Source of the DNA: Nitrospinaceae bacterium
GTDB lineage: Bacteria > Nitrospinota > Nitrospinia > Nitrospinales > Nitrospinaceae
Assembly: GCA_965223665.1 (NCBI GenBank)
Contig: OZ245011.1
Location: 416,001 to 480,000, forward strand
Direction: 5' to 3'
DNA: 64,000 bases
Shown: in pieces, positions 1-10,076 of the stretch
Numbering within the stretch: the stretch's first letter is position 1
Layout: the number at the start of each line of letters is the position of its first letter
Made by a program: the position numbers and the translations under genes
The notes under the pieces: generated by a model
The model's database searches: none
Told to the model about the DNA's origin: nothing
Seen by the model: only the letters and a program-made list of their open reading frames with translations

Positions 1-1
1 T

Positions 2-370
2 AATGCTGGCTATATCGACACTCTTTCAGAAGTGTATTACTCAATGGGGAATGTGGATAGAGCCATTAAAAATATGGAAACCGCTTTAAGGATTTCACCA
101 GAAACAAGGTACTACAAACAACAAATGTGGAGATTCAAGCATATTAAACCAAAGCCTATAAAATCTAATAATACCCCCAAGCCTGTGGTAAAAACGGTAG
201 AAAATACTGCAATGCCAGATAAAGAAAGTGCATCTGAAACTTCTAATGTTAAAACCCCATCTCCCTCATCCGAAAATGAAGCCACTGTTACTCCCCAACC
301 AACCTCCAATACTCCCAATTTGACTGAAAAGGATTTACAAGAAACAGCCTCTGAAACGAGAATCAATTAA
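2..370 (+). CDS. TPR-containing protein, C-terminal part (5' truncated by window)
   Basis: Frame is open from base 2 and reads NAGYIDTLSEVYYSMGNVDRAIKNMETALRISP, a TPR pattern. A Pro/Thr/Ser/Glu-rich tail follows. Confidence 0.7.
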   Translation, partial: NAGYIDTLSEVYYSMGNVDRAIKNMETALRISPETRYYKQQMWRFKHIKPKPIKSNNTPKPVVKTVENTAMPDKESASETSNVKTPSPSSENEATVTPQPTSNTPNLTEKDLQETASETRIN

Positions 371-1308
371 TAGATTCCGCTTCCTTTAATTCCCATATAT
401 ACAAAATAGACTAACAAAAGGATAATCCCATCCAGTTTCATTAATGTGTGAGATCTCTTTATTTGTAAAATCAATAGACAGGTAAAACCGGTGGTAAATA
501 ATAAATCAAAATGAATTGGCTCTGTAATATTTAGAGGTTTATAGGCTGCTGTTGAACCAAGGACCATAAAAATATTAAAAATATTGCTTCCAAAAACATT
601 TCCTAATGCCATTTCTCCATGACCTTTTAAAGCCGTCATAGTTGAAGAAACTATTTCAGGTAAGCTTGTCCCTATGGCTAAAATTGAGATCCCAATCAAC
701 CATTCGCTTATTCCAAAATAGCGTGCAATATTTACACTTCCTTCTACCATTCCTTGAGCTCCGGTCACTAGAAGGACAAAACCAAATAAGACCAAAGTAA
801 ATTGATAAGCCATTCCTCTGTTTGCAAAAAGAGTTACTTCATCGTCGAATTCCAAATTTGAGTCTTCTTTATCTTGAAAAGCTCTCCAGACAAATATGGC
901 CAAACCTAGAATTAAACCTATCCCTTCCCAACGATTTAATTTTAGGTTCCAGATCAAAATTGTTATTAAAACCGTAGCAATTATTAGTGGAGGGGTTTCT
1001 AGTTTTAACCGATTTTGAGAAATTGATACTGGAGTAAGCAACGCTGTAATTCCTAGAACCAGTCCAACATTTGCGATATTACTTCCAATCACATTGCCTA
1101 AAGCCATTTCAGGAGAACCATTATAGGCAGCTAAAAGACTAACTGCGAGTTCAGGAGATGATGTTCCAAAACCCATCACAGTTGCACCAATAACGAATGG
1201 GCTCACTTTGTAATGCTTAGCGATACGAAGGCATCCAGTAATTAAAAATTCTCCGCCAAAATAAAGGGAGGCCAAACCAATTAAAATATATGCAATGTTA
1301 ATTAGCAT
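367..1308 (-). CDS. Calcium/sodium antiporter (YrbG/CaCA family)
   Basis: Two alpha repeats, GTSSPELAVS...GNVIGSNIAN and GTSLPEIVSS...GNVFGSNIFN; about 10 TM helices. Confidence 0.93.
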   Translation of the reverse strand: MLINIAYILIGLASLYFGGEFLITGCLRIAKHYKVSPFVIGATVMGFGTSSPELAVSLLAAYNGSPEMALGNVIGSNIANVGLVLGITALLTPVSISQNRLKLETPPLIIATVLITILIWNLKLNRWEGIGLILGLAIFVWRAFQDKEDSNLEFDDEVTLFANRGMAYQFTLVLFGFVLLVTGAQGMVEGSVNIARYFGISEWLIGISILAIGTSLPEIVSSTMTALKGHGEMALGNVFGSNIFNIFMVLGSTAAYKPLNITEPIHFDLLFTTGFTCLLILQIKRSHTLMKLDGIILLLVYFVYMGIKGSGIY

Positions 1309-1437
1309 GAAAAAAATTGGGATTCTTTAAAGTATTTTGAAGGTAAGAGCAAATTTAATCAGGAGGATAGTTAGCGAAATAAAGAAAATCAATCAATTTG
1401 ACTTGGAATATCTTAATGTAAATTTGGAAGTTTACAA

Positions 1438-1470
1438 AATAAAAAACCAGAGCCGTCTTCGACTCTGGCT
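1438..1470 (-). terminator. Rho-independent terminator of the 1494-1808 gene
   Basis: Minus strand reads AGCCAGAGTCG-AAGA-CGGCTCTGGTT followed by a T run. Confidence 0.8.
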
Positions 1471-1493
1471 AAGTATGTTGTATGTCTAAAAAA

Positions 1494-1808
1494 TTAATCT
1501 TTACTTCCTTCCATTTTTCTTTTCATTTCATGGGATTTTTCCATGCCTTTACTTTTGCTTTTTTCCATTGCTGCAGGGCTCATTTTTCCATGCTCATCTT
1601 TCATTCCCCCACTTCCTTCTTCATATTTTTCCTTCGCATGATCTCTATATTCTTTTCCCTCTTTCATTGCAGAAGAACCACTTCCTTCTTCCATCATTTC
1701 ATGTTTATCTTTTCCCTTATGCTCGCCGTCATGAGCAAATGAAGAAAAGGGTACGGTGAAGGTCATCATAAAACAAATGAAAGTTAATAACCCAAATATT
1801 CTTTGCAT
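1494..1808 (-). CDS. Small secreted Met/His/Glu/Lys-rich low-complexity protein
   Basis: SD GGAG upstream; signal peptide ending SSFA; mature region with repeated EEGSG; own terminator. Confidence 0.75.
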   Translation of the reverse strand: MQRIFGLLTFICFMMTFTVPFSSFAHDGEHKGKDKHEMMEEGSGSSAMKEGKEYRDHAKEKYEEGSGGMKDEHGKMSPAAMEKSKSKGMEKSHEMKRKMEGSKD

Positions 1809-1976
1809 AAAAAGCTCCTATAAAAAGTGTATTGAAGGTAAAAGCGGATTAATTATTATTACCGGGTAAAATCATAAAATGTGATTAGTAGCAACTTTAC
1901 CAATTATATTACAATAGGAAGTCAATTTTGGTAGGAATTTTGGTGAAACCCTTTGCGAGGTAACCTATTACTTTAA

Positions 1977-3098
1977 TTAAGCTTTCTTAGGTTTAATGGT
2001 AATAATACTTTGTTTAAACCCAAATCGTCTTAATTTTTTCTGTTCATTACGTGCGGTTTTTTTGCTCTCAAAACCTCCCACTTTAACTGTATAGATTTTT
2101 CGCTGAGAGGAAGTTTGACCCAGATTAGTAAGAATTCCATCTTCAATTAATTTGTTTTGAATCTTTTCGGCCTGACTTCTAGTAGAAGTTCGGCCCAGAA
2201 TTATCGAATATGTACCATCTGCTGATTTTTCTAATGCTGGTTTATGTCCTTTGTCTTTCAAACTTGTCAAAAGTGAACGTGTTTCATCCCTATTTAAGAA
2301 TCCCCCTATAAAAACGGTATGTTGGGAAATATTCCGTGTACTAACTTCTATAAAGGGCGAATAACCTTTAGAAATTAATTTTTCTGAAAGGCGATTTGAA
2401 TTAGCTTTATTTGCAAACGCACCAAGTTGAATAAAATATTTCCCAATTTTTGAAAAAGTATTTGAAGGTGTTTTAATAATTGGCTTAGCAGACTTAAAGT
2501 TTTTTTCTGGCTTCAAAGAGTTTGAAATCATTTTTGCGGGATCAAGAGCACTTTTAATGGACGAGGTTTTTGGTGATAATATTGCCGCGACTTTTTCAGT
2601 GGCTTTTTCAATATCACCAGCCAGAGTATCATTTTCAGAGGTTTTAGCTGTTTTTACAGGTTTGTTTATCGTATTGTCCGGGCTTCCAGGGTTTTCTTTA
2701 GTATTGGAATTAGGAATCGAGGGTGGCATGATTCTTTCACTTCTAAACGAAGAGCTTGCAGAATCAACATTTTTTCCAGAATTTAATGATTGCTGAGGAA
2801 GTAGGGGAAATGGAAGTGGTTTTGGGCCTTCCTCACCTTCCATTAATTCGGCCACCTGAGTATCACTTTCTGATCCAAAAAAATAAGGTTCATCCTGGAT
2901 AGCCACATAAAATGTAAAAAGTAAAATCAACCCTACCAAGGATATAAGAACGATCTTCGCATTTTTTCGACGAATATTTCTTTCAATCTCAATTTCTGCT
3001 TCAATTTCCGCATCTTCGATTAAGTCTTCTATTCTTTTTACATGATTTGGTTTAAACTCTTTTTTAGAAATTTTTTCGTCGATTTGATTGGTTAGCAT
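1977..3098 (-). CDS. SPOR-domain membrane-anchored protein
   Basis: Single TM, a low-complexity linker, then SPOR motifs YFIQLGAFANKANS and YTVKVGGFESKKTA. Confidence 0.85.
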   Translation of the reverse strand: MLTNQIDEKISKKEFKPNHVKRIEDLIEDAEIEAEIEIERNIRRKNAKIVLISLVGLILLFTFYVAIQDEPYFFGSESDTQVAELMEGEEGPKPLPFPLLPQQSLNSGKNVDSASSSFRSERIMPPSIPNSNTKENPGSPDNTINKPVKTAKTSENDTLAGDIEKATEKVAAILSPKTSSIKSALDPAKMISNSLKPEKNFKSAKPIIKTPSNTFSKIGKYFIQLGAFANKANSNRLSEKLISKGYSPFIEVSTRNISQHTVFIGGFLNRDETRSLLTSLKDKGHKPALEKSADGTYSIILGRTSTRSQAEKIQNKLIEDGILTNLGQTSSQRKIYTVKVGGFESKKTARNEQKKLRRFGFKQSIITIKPKKA

Positions 3099-3256
3099 GG
3101 CATTTTGTGGATTGAAATGTTATTGAAATAGAAGACGTGAGTTTTTTGAATTATTTCCCAGATTTTGATCGAAATATGAAAAAACCAGGTCAATTTGGCC
3201 AATAAAGAGAATATTTAGAAATTTTGAGCAAAATTCACATCCCCAAATCTGCTAAA

Positions 3257-3285
3257 AGTATATATATTACGGCTCTATGTGTCAA
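3257..3285 (-). promoter_or_regulatory. sigma70-type promoter of the SPOR gene
   Basis: Minus strand TTGACA (3285-3280), 17-nt spacer, TATACT (3262-3257). Confidence 0.7.
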
Positions 3286-3335
3286 GTAAAACTTCTTAAA
3301 GATCAATAAGTTATATAAAAAGTGACGACTTAATT

Positions 3336-4253
3336 ATGCCTTCCATTCCTGATCTTTCAGTTAAACTAGGTGATCTCAATTTTGCCAATCCCATTATTGC
3401 TGCTTCGGGTACTTTTGGGTATGGGTTAGAGTTCTCTCCATTTGTAGATCTTGATATTTTGGGAGGGTTTTGCACTAAGGGTCTTTCTTATCATCCAAAA
3501 ATAGGAAACCCTGCCCCCAGAGTTATTGAAACCAGTTCTGGGATGTTAAATTCTATTGGCTTAGAAAATATTGGGTTTGAGCAATTCAGGGATGAAAAGC
3601 TTCCTCTTCTTAGAAAGTTTTCAACCAGAATTATTTGTAATTTTTTCGGAAACACAGTTGAAGAATATGCTCATCTGGCTAAAGAATTGTCTGCTTTAGA
3701 AAGGGTGGATGCCTTGGAAATGAATATTTCATGTCCCAATGTTGAGGAGGGTGGGGTGTTATTTAGTTCAGACCCCACAATCGTTGAGCGGGTGGTAGGG
3801 GCAACTCGAAAATCTACTGATAAACTTTTAATTGTGAAACTGTCCCCCAATGTCACCGATATTACTCAAATTGCTCAAGCGGCTGAACGAGCAGGAGCGG
3901 ATGTGATTTCTTTGATTAATACTTGTATTGGAATGGTTATCGATACTAAAACCAGAAAACCCTATCTAGCTAATGAGACTGGAGGCCTTTCAGGCCCTGC
4001 GATTAAACCTATTGCGTTGAACATGGTTTATAAAACTGTTAAGGCCGTAAAAATTCCTGTGATTGGGATTGGTGGTATTCAAAGTGCTGAAGATGCTTTG
4101 GAGTTTTTAATGGCTGGAGCTAAAGCTATTCAGGTTGGTACAGCAAACTTCGTTGATCCCAGAATTACCATGAAGATTCTCAAGAATCTTCAAGATTGGT
4201 TGGTAAATAATGGAGTTTCTAGTTTAAAAGACCTAAAAGGAAAAGATAAATAA
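3336..4253 (+). CDS. pyrD: Dihydroorotate dehydrogenase, class 1 catalytic subunit
   Basis: NPIIAASGTFGYG, GMLNSIGLEN, LEMNISCPNV, VKLSPNV, GGLSGPAIKP. Confidence 0.95.
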   Translation: MPSIPDLSVKLGDLNFANPIIAASGTFGYGLEFSPFVDLDILGGFCTKGLSYHPKIGNPAPRVIETSSGMLNSIGLENIGFEQFRDEKLPLLRKFSTRIICNFFGNTVEEYAHLAKELSALERVDALEMNISCPNVEEGGVLFSSDPTIVERVVGATRKSTDKLLIVKLSPNVTDITQIAQAAERAGADVISLINTCIGMVIDTKTRKPYLANETGGLSGPAIKPIALNMVYKTVKAVKIPVIGIGGIQSAEDALEFLMAGAKAIQVGTANFVDPRITMKILKNLQDWLVNNGVSSLKDLKGKDK

Positions 4254-5402
4254 TTAAGGAATATAAACTCTAGGAATGCGCTTGCCCACGGCACATAGAA
4301 TTTCATAAGGAATGGTGCCAACTTTGTTAGCAAGTTCTTCAACAGAAATAAATTCTTCTCCTTGTCTACCAAAGATAACTACCGGGTCTCCTTCATTTGC
4401 GTTTGGTAAATCTGTTATATCAATCAAACACATGTCCATACAAATATTTCCTACCTGGGGAACTTTTTTTCCAGAAATAATTACTTCCATATTATTTGAA
4501 AGTGACCTAAATAATCCATCTCCATACCCTACGGGAATGGTTGCTATTCGACTGGGTTTTTGAGTTATGTGAGTGCGGCTATAACTTAATGGAGTTCCTT
4601 TATCGAAAGATTTAATTTGAATAATTTGGGTTTTTAGTTCCATAACCGGTTTTATGGCATCAAAAGAATTTGGACACTTAAGAATAGGTTTAATGCCATA
4701 GAGTAATAATCCTGGTCGAACTTGGTCTTGGTGACTTTGAGAGTACTTAATTAAAGCGGCGCTATTGGCACAATGAATTGTGGGTAAAGAAATGCCGGAA
4801 TTATTTAATAATTCTAATGATGAATTAAATTTCTTAATTTGATTAAGTGAATACTCTGAACATTCTTCGTCTGCTGAAGAAAAGTGAGTAAAGATTGAAT
4901 TAATAGTTAAATTTGGAAGTTTTTTAATATTCTGGATTAATGGTAAAAGGTTTTCTGGCAATACACCCAAACGCCCCATACCGGAATCTACTTTTATATG
5001 TACACCAACGTTTTTTCCAAAATGAGTAGCACGTTCGGAAATTTTCTTGGCCATATTTGAGGACCAAATAGATGTTGTTAGATTAAATTGGATTAAATCA
5101 TCCACTTCATCAGGAAACACCCCCATTAGAATATGAATAGGAACTTGAAAACCGTTATTTCTAAGTTCAATTCCTTCTGAAACTATACTTACACCCAATA
5201 TATCTGCTCCGGCGTCTACAAGAACCTGGGAACAGGGAATGGCTCCATGACCATAAGCATCTGCTTTTACAACGGCCATTATTTTAACTTCGGAAGATAA
5301 ATAGTTCCTAATACAATTTAGATTATTACGAAGGGCCGATAAACTTATCTCAGCTCTGGTGGCTCTATGAAGTGCTGAACTGTAAAGTTTCTGTTTATCC
5401 AT
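4254..5402 (-). CDS. alr: Alanine racemase
   Basis: PLP-lysine motif AVVKADAYGHG; HIKVDSGMGRLG; GYGDG; ICMD; TIPYEILC. Confidence 0.96.
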   Translation of the reverse strand: MDKQKLYSSALHRATRAEISLSALRNNLNCIRNYLSSEVKIMAVVKADAYGHGAIPCSQVLVDAGADILGVSIVSEGIELRNNGFQVPIHILMGVFPDEVDDLIQFNLTTSIWSSNMAKKISERATHFGKNVGVHIKVDSGMGRLGVLPENLLPLIQNIKKLPNLTINSIFTHFSSADEECSEYSLNQIKKFNSSLELLNNSGISLPTIHCANSAALIKYSQSHQDQVRPGLLLYGIKPILKCPNSFDAIKPVMELKTQIIQIKSFDKGTPLSYSRTHITQKPSRIATIPVGYGDGLFRSLSNNMEVIISGKKVPQVGNICMDMCLIDITDLPNANEGDPVVIFGRQGEEFISVEELANKVGTIPYEILCAVGKRIPRVYIP

Positions 5403-5457
5403 TATTACTTTATCTTTTATTTCTTTAAAGGAAGGGATGATTTTATTTCTGTGTTGT

Positions 5458-5937
5458 TTATTCCCGCCGTGTTCGACCAGTTAGAGAAACCCGACCCATT
5501 ACTTTTGCCTTTCCTGTTGTTCTTACGGGGCGACAGGACATGAAGGAATCTTCTTTTGCAGTTTTTCGAATTTGATAACCTCTGTCACTATAGAAATTAT
5601 AAGCCATGGCATTGGTACCGGTTTCTTCAGAACACCAAAAGTTAAATCCGCATCCTTCAGGGAAAATATAATCTATGTGAACAATATCACCATTAAAGTC
5701 AGAGTTTTTACTGTCATGATCATATAAGTTTCGACAATCTTGACTTTTGGGAAGCCGCCAATCATCAAACCCAGCGAACTTTTTTTCATTCATTAGTCCT
5801 ACATATTTATTGGCTCCTTTCCAGGTGCACCACTTCCCCTTTCTTTGATAGTAGTCCTCTTTTAACCACATTAATTTATATTTGTTATCTGTGACTGTTC
5901 CATCACCATTATCGGTAAAGCGTTCTTCATCTCCCAT
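5458..5937 (-). CDS. DUF1566 (Lcl C-terminal) domain protein
   Basis: RFTDNGDGTVTD..LMW and FAGFDDWRLP motifs. Confidence 0.85.
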   Translation of the reverse strand: MGDEERFTDNGDGTVTDNKYKLMWLKEDYYQRKGKWCTWKGANKYVGLMNEKKFAGFDDWRLPKSQDCRNLYDHDSKNSDFNGDIVHIDYIFPEGCGFNFWCSEETGTNAMAYNFYSDRGYQIRKTAKEDSFMSCRPVRTTGKAKVMGRVSLTGRTRRE

Positions 5938-6234
5938 AAGTAAGCATTTCTTAAAAAAGGTTAAACATTGATAATGATTATCAAGAGAAACGATAGGATA
6001 ATATTAAAATAGTTTATCTTGCAAACCAAACTATAAACGAATATTTCCTATACTATAATATTAAAAAATTTAATCTCATTTACAAAGTTATAAAAAATTT
6101 TGATATTAAAATATCGTTTGATTTTTTTTAGTCTATGCTTAAACTAACCTAAATAGACTGCTAGCGTGTATTGTAGCAGGAATGAAATATACAGCGCTCT
6201 AAAAATAATTTTTAAAAAATTTTAATATGCTTCA

Positions 6235-6957
6235 ATGAATAATAAGTTTGTAAACCATTACATTGCAAAAAGATTTTTACTATTTTTGTTTTTAGTATAT
6301 TTAACCGGGTGTGCCACACCCCCTGGAAAACATGAAGTTGATAAGCTCGAAAGGTTACAGGGGGTACCTAAGGTTCTGATTTTACCATTGGATGTAGAGC
6401 TATATGAAATTTCGGTTGGAGGGGTGTCCGAATTAAAACCAGAATGGACTACAACAGGGAAGGCTAATGCTCAGGCTGCAATAGAAGAATTCTTATCAAA
6501 AGATTCCGATATAATACTTGTTCCTTTTAATTCACAAAATCAAGAAACCGAATCCCATCGTAATTTTTATAATTTAATGAATGCAGTTGGTGATGCAATG
6601 TTGCTTCATTACCATAGTGTAAATCACCATTTGCCTACAAAAGAAAAACTTCAATGGTCAGTAGGAGATTCTACGAAAATATTTCGTGAAGAGTATGATG
6701 CAGATTACGCTCTCTATGTATATTTAAGAGACCATTTTTCTTCTTCCGGTCGAATTGCAATGGGAGTAGTTTCTGGTCTTCTTTTTGGGGCTGCCCCCGG
6801 AGCAGGGATGGAAATCGGTTTAGCTCAATTTATAAACTTAAAAACCGGTGATGTGGTGTGGTTTAATTTTATACGTTCTGAAGGGTTTGGAGATTTAAGA
6901 GAACCCGATTCTGCTAAAACTGCTATCGAAAACTTACTCAAAGAACTACCGAAATGA
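6235..6957 (+). CDS. Hypothetical lipoprotein
   Basis: Lipobox LTGC; stop overlaps the next start (ATGA). Confidence 0.75.
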   Translation: MNNKFVNHYIAKRFLLFLFLVYLTGCATPPGKHEVDKLERLQGVPKVLILPLDVELYEISVGGVSELKPEWTTTGKANAQAAIEEFLSKDSDIILVPFNSQNQETESHRNFYNLMNAVGDAMLLHYHSVNHHLPTKEKLQWSVGDSTKIFREEYDADYALYVYLRDHFSSSGRIAMGVVSGLLFGAAPGAGMEIGLAQFINLKTGDVVWFNFIRSEGFGDLREPDSAKTAIENLLKELPK

Positions 6958-8126
6958 ATAAAAATCTCATTTATTTTCTTAGTCTCATTTTCTTTTCGTC
7001 TACTGTGGGTTGCAGTACAGTAAATGAATCTTCTTCATTAGCACCGGGTCAACGGCCTGAGGTTAACGATTTAGAGGCTGGTTTGTGGATGCAAATGGAA
7101 AATGTTGAAAAAAGTATTCAAAGGTCTGGGCGATTGGAAAGGGATCCTAAACTTAATCAATATGTAAAAACAATAGTCTGTAGTTTGGCCGGGAAATATT
7201 GTCCGGATGTAAGGGTTTATGTGATAAAAGCAGACTCTTTTAATGCAGGTATGTATCCGAATGGTTTAATGGTTGTATATACGGGCTTGTTACTAAGAGT
7301 CCAAAATGAAGCTCAATTAGCTGCCGTTTTGGGTCACGAGATTACTCACTTTATAAAACGCCATAGCTTAAAAAGGCTTATAGATATACAAAATAAGGCC
7401 AATACTTTAGCGGTTATTGGAATTCCTTTAGCAGCAATTGGTTTAGGTCCTGTCAATACGGTTGCAGGCCTTGTAGCGATAGGTTCCATTGCAGCTTACA
7501 GTAGAGACCATGAGCGAGAGGCGGACAAAGGAGGCTTAGAATTTTTAGTAAATAGAGGATATTCGGCAATGAGCGCCTATCAGATTTGGGCAAATGTTTT
7601 AAGAGAACAGGAAGCCGATGATGAAGGATCTACGGCAGTCTTTTTTTCTTCTCATCCATTACCAGAAGAACGAATGGATAATATTAAAAAGCAAAGTGAA
7701 CAATATTCAATTCACGGTAATCCAGTAATAAAGGAGGATGAATATTTGCAAATTATTGCTCCTTTCAGGGACGATTGGTTTCATAGAGAATTACTAAGAG
7801 GCAAATATGAGCAAACTAAGGTAGTTATAGACAACTTGAAACCATCGAAAGCGTTTCCGGGGGAAAAATCATATTTTGAGGGTGAATTAATCCGAATGGA
7901 AAAAGAAAAAGATTTTCAAATGAATGCAATTCAAAAATATGAGGAAGCAATAAATCTAGACCCTAATGATCCAAGACCACAAAAGTCTGTTGGGTTGATG
8001 TATATGAAAATAGATAAAAAAAACCAGGCGGCGAAACATTTAAAAAAATATTTAGAATTGCAGCCAAAGGCCGAGGATGCGTTTATCATTAATGAATATA
8101 TTGTTCAACTAGAGAATGACTCATGA
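6954..8126 (+). CDS. M48-family Zn metalloprotease lipoprotein with C-terminal TPR
   Basis: Lipobox TVGC; FNAGMYPNG; HExxH motif LAAVLGHEITH; YSRDHEREAD; SSHP; TPR tail. Confidence 0.9.
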   Translation: MNKNLIYFLSLIFFSSTVGCSTVNESSSLAPGQRPEVNDLEAGLWMQMENVEKSIQRSGRLERDPKLNQYVKTIVCSLAGKYCPDVRVYVIKADSFNAGMYPNGLMVVYTGLLLRVQNEAQLAAVLGHEITHFIKRHSLKRLIDIQNKANTLAVIGIPLAAIGLGPVNTVAGLVAIGSIAAYSRDHEREADKGGLEFLVNRGYSAMSAYQIWANVLREQEADDEGSTAVFFSSHPLPEERMDNIKKQSEQYSIHGNPVIKEDEYLQIIAPFRDDWFHRELLRGKYEQTKVVIDNLKPSKAFPGEKSYFEGELIRMEKEKDFQMNAIQKYEEAINLDPNDPRPQKSVGLMYMKIDKKNQAAKHLKKYLELQPKAEDAFIINEYIVQLENDS

Positions 8127-8686
8127 TACGTTTTATTTGGGTATTTACATTAATAGGATTCTTATGGGTATCTGGTTGTACCCCCTTAAACTATCGGCTG
8201 GTTGAACCGGAAAAACGCGTAGATTTATTTGATACTTATAGCGTAGATCCCCAAATTCCATGGAGCGGAAAAATTCTTAGAGATGGAATTCTCTGGACCA
8301 TTGATGGTGCCAACTTAGAACAGATCGTATTTTCTGAAGCAGTAGAAGATGGCGAATCATTTTTAAATGATGAAAAGGCACCAAAGTTTAATAAAGAGAT
8401 GAATGTAATCGAATTGTCAGAGATGCTGACAGATTCATTGAAAATTAAAAATTGGTTTGAAATAAAAACATCTAATTTAAAGCCTGCTGATTTGGGGCCA
8501 TTTAAAGGTTTTAGGTTTGACGTAAAAATGGTAAATGCAAATGGATTGCCCTATAATGGTTCCATTGCTGGTGCGATAATAAATGAAAAGTTGTATTTAA
8601 TTTATTATTTGGGAGTCAGTTTGCATTATTATCCAAAGTACATCAACCATTTTAATGGCATTCTGAATTCAATTCAGAAACTATAA
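8123..8686 (+). CDS. Hypothetical lipoprotein
   Basis: Lipobox VSGC; ATGA overlap with the M48 gene. Confidence 0.75.
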   Translation: MIRFIWVFTLIGFLWVSGCTPLNYRLVEPEKRVDLFDTYSVDPQIPWSGKILRDGILWTIDGANLEQIVFSEAVEDGESFLNDEKAPKFNKEMNVIELSEMLTDSLKIKNWFEIKTSNLKPADLGPFKGFRFDVKMVNANGLPYNGSIAGAIINEKLYLIYYLGVSLHYYPKYINHFNGILNSIQKL

Positions 8687-8881
8687 AGCCTCTAAATTTT
8701 TATACACCCCTCTGCTTCCAATTACCTCCCAGGTTTTTCAAGAAAATCCATAGAAAATGCATATAATTATCCTCCTTAAAAAACTCCATATAATATGATA
8801 TTGTGTTTCATTCCTTAAAATTCGTAATTCAAGAATTGAATAATTTTTATGTCTCGAAATCTTTGAAAGTGAAGGAAGGGT

Positions 8882-9181
8882 ATGCCAAAAATCGAAATTC
8901 AAAGCTTTTTTTATGATTTAATTCATTGTAAAGATAAAATTTTGTCAACTTTTGATGAATTCGATGAAAAGTATGGTGAAGACGAACGCGGAGCCTTGGT
9001 TGCGGGTATTCGTGAACTAGGCGATGCGGATCTTGTTAATTTGTTAATTAACATTCAGCGTCTAGCCAGTGGTTATGAACAGATAAAAGAATTAATGGAC
9101 AACGCTGAAGAAGAAGAAATGAATGCCGCGTTAGAAGAATCAGATGAAGAGGAAGATGAGGATGACGATGATGAAATTTAA
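8882..9181 (+). CDS. Small acidic hypothetical protein
   Basis: Purine-rich SD (GAAGGAAGGG); helical body with a poly-Asp/Glu tail. Confidence 0.75.
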   Translation: MPKIEIQSFFYDLIHCKDKILSTFDEFDEKYGEDERGALVAGIRELGDADLVNLLINIQRLASGYEQIKELMDNAEEEEMNAALEESDEEEDEDDDDEI

Positions 9182-9213
9182 TTTTAAAACGCTGAAGCAA
9201 AGGAATAGTTAAA

Positions 9214-10071
9214 TTGATTTTCTTCAATAATTTGTCAATGAGTTTGGTCTTATTTTGTTTTTCAGTATTTATTTTTTCCTGTCAAAATAACTACTCATCA
9301 AATTCTTCCAAATTAAGTCCTTTTAAAATCTCACCTATGGACGGCAAAAAAATGGTTTTGATTCCAGAGGGTGAATTTATTATGGGTACGAATAAAATTG
9401 ATAAAGAAAACACTCATGTGAAAATTGGAACAGTTAAACCTTTATATTTAGATCAGCATCCAGAGAGAAAAATAAATTTAAAAGCCTTTTATATGGATCA
9501 GTATGAAGTTACCAATGCCGAATATGGTAGGTTTATTGAGGCCACTGAATTCAATGAATTGCCTGCACATTGGGAAAATGGAGTAATTCCCAATGGATTA
9601 GAAAATCACCCTGTAACCAATATTACCTGGAGAGAAGCTTTGGCATATTCTCTGTGGGCAGGAAAAATTTTACCCACTGAACAACAGTGGGAAAAAGCGG
9701 CAAGGGGATTGGATGGAAGGTTGTACCCGTGGGGAAATGATTACAAAAAGGGAATTGCTAATATTGGTTTAGATAGTATTCGCAAAACAGCCGCTGTTGG
9801 TAGTTTTCCTAAAGATATTAGTCCATATAATGTTTATGACTTGGCTGGAAATGTCATGGAATGGACTTTAAATTGGTATTTACCTTATCAGGGAAATGAC
9901 TATAAGAATTCTAAGTTCGGTAAAAAATTAAAAGTGCTTAGGGGGAACGGGTTTCAAAAAGGAGGGCATTACTTCTTGGATGCCTATCGGTATGCATTCT
10001 ATCGCACAGAAGTAGACCCTGATGAATATTTTGAGAATGTGGGTTTCCGATGTGTTCTTCCTTTAAATTAA
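9214..10071 (+). CDS. Formylglycine-generating-enzyme/SUMF1-fold domain protein (probable lipoprotein)
   Basis: MVLIPEGEFIMG, YEVTNAEY, LPTEQQWEKAARG, YDLAGNVMEW, VGFRCV. Confidence 0.92.
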   Translation: MIFFNNLSMSLVLFCFSVFIFSCQNNYSSNSSKLSPFKISPMDGKKMVLIPEGEFIMGTNKIDKENTHVKIGTVKPLYLDQHPERKINLKAFYMDQYEVTNAEYGRFIEATEFNELPAHWENGVIPNGLENHPVTNITWREALAYSLWAGKILPTEQQWEKAARGLDGRLYPWGNDYKKGIANIGLDSIRKTAAVGSFPKDISPYNVYDLAGNVMEWTLNWYLPYQGNDYKNSKFGKKLKVLRGNGFQKGGHYFLDAYRYAFYRTEVDPDEYFENVGFRCVLPLN

Positions 10072-10076
10072 TTCCA

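Noticed and set aside
1482-1759. Plus-strand Phe/His-rich ORFs 1482-1742 and 1568-1759
   Set aside because: Antisense shadows of the purine-rich 1494-1808 gene, which has the SD, signal peptide and terminator.
5458-10071. DUF1566 and FGE-fold genes as diversity-generating retroelement targets
   Set aside because: No reverse transcriptase in the window, and I saw no template/variable repeat pair.
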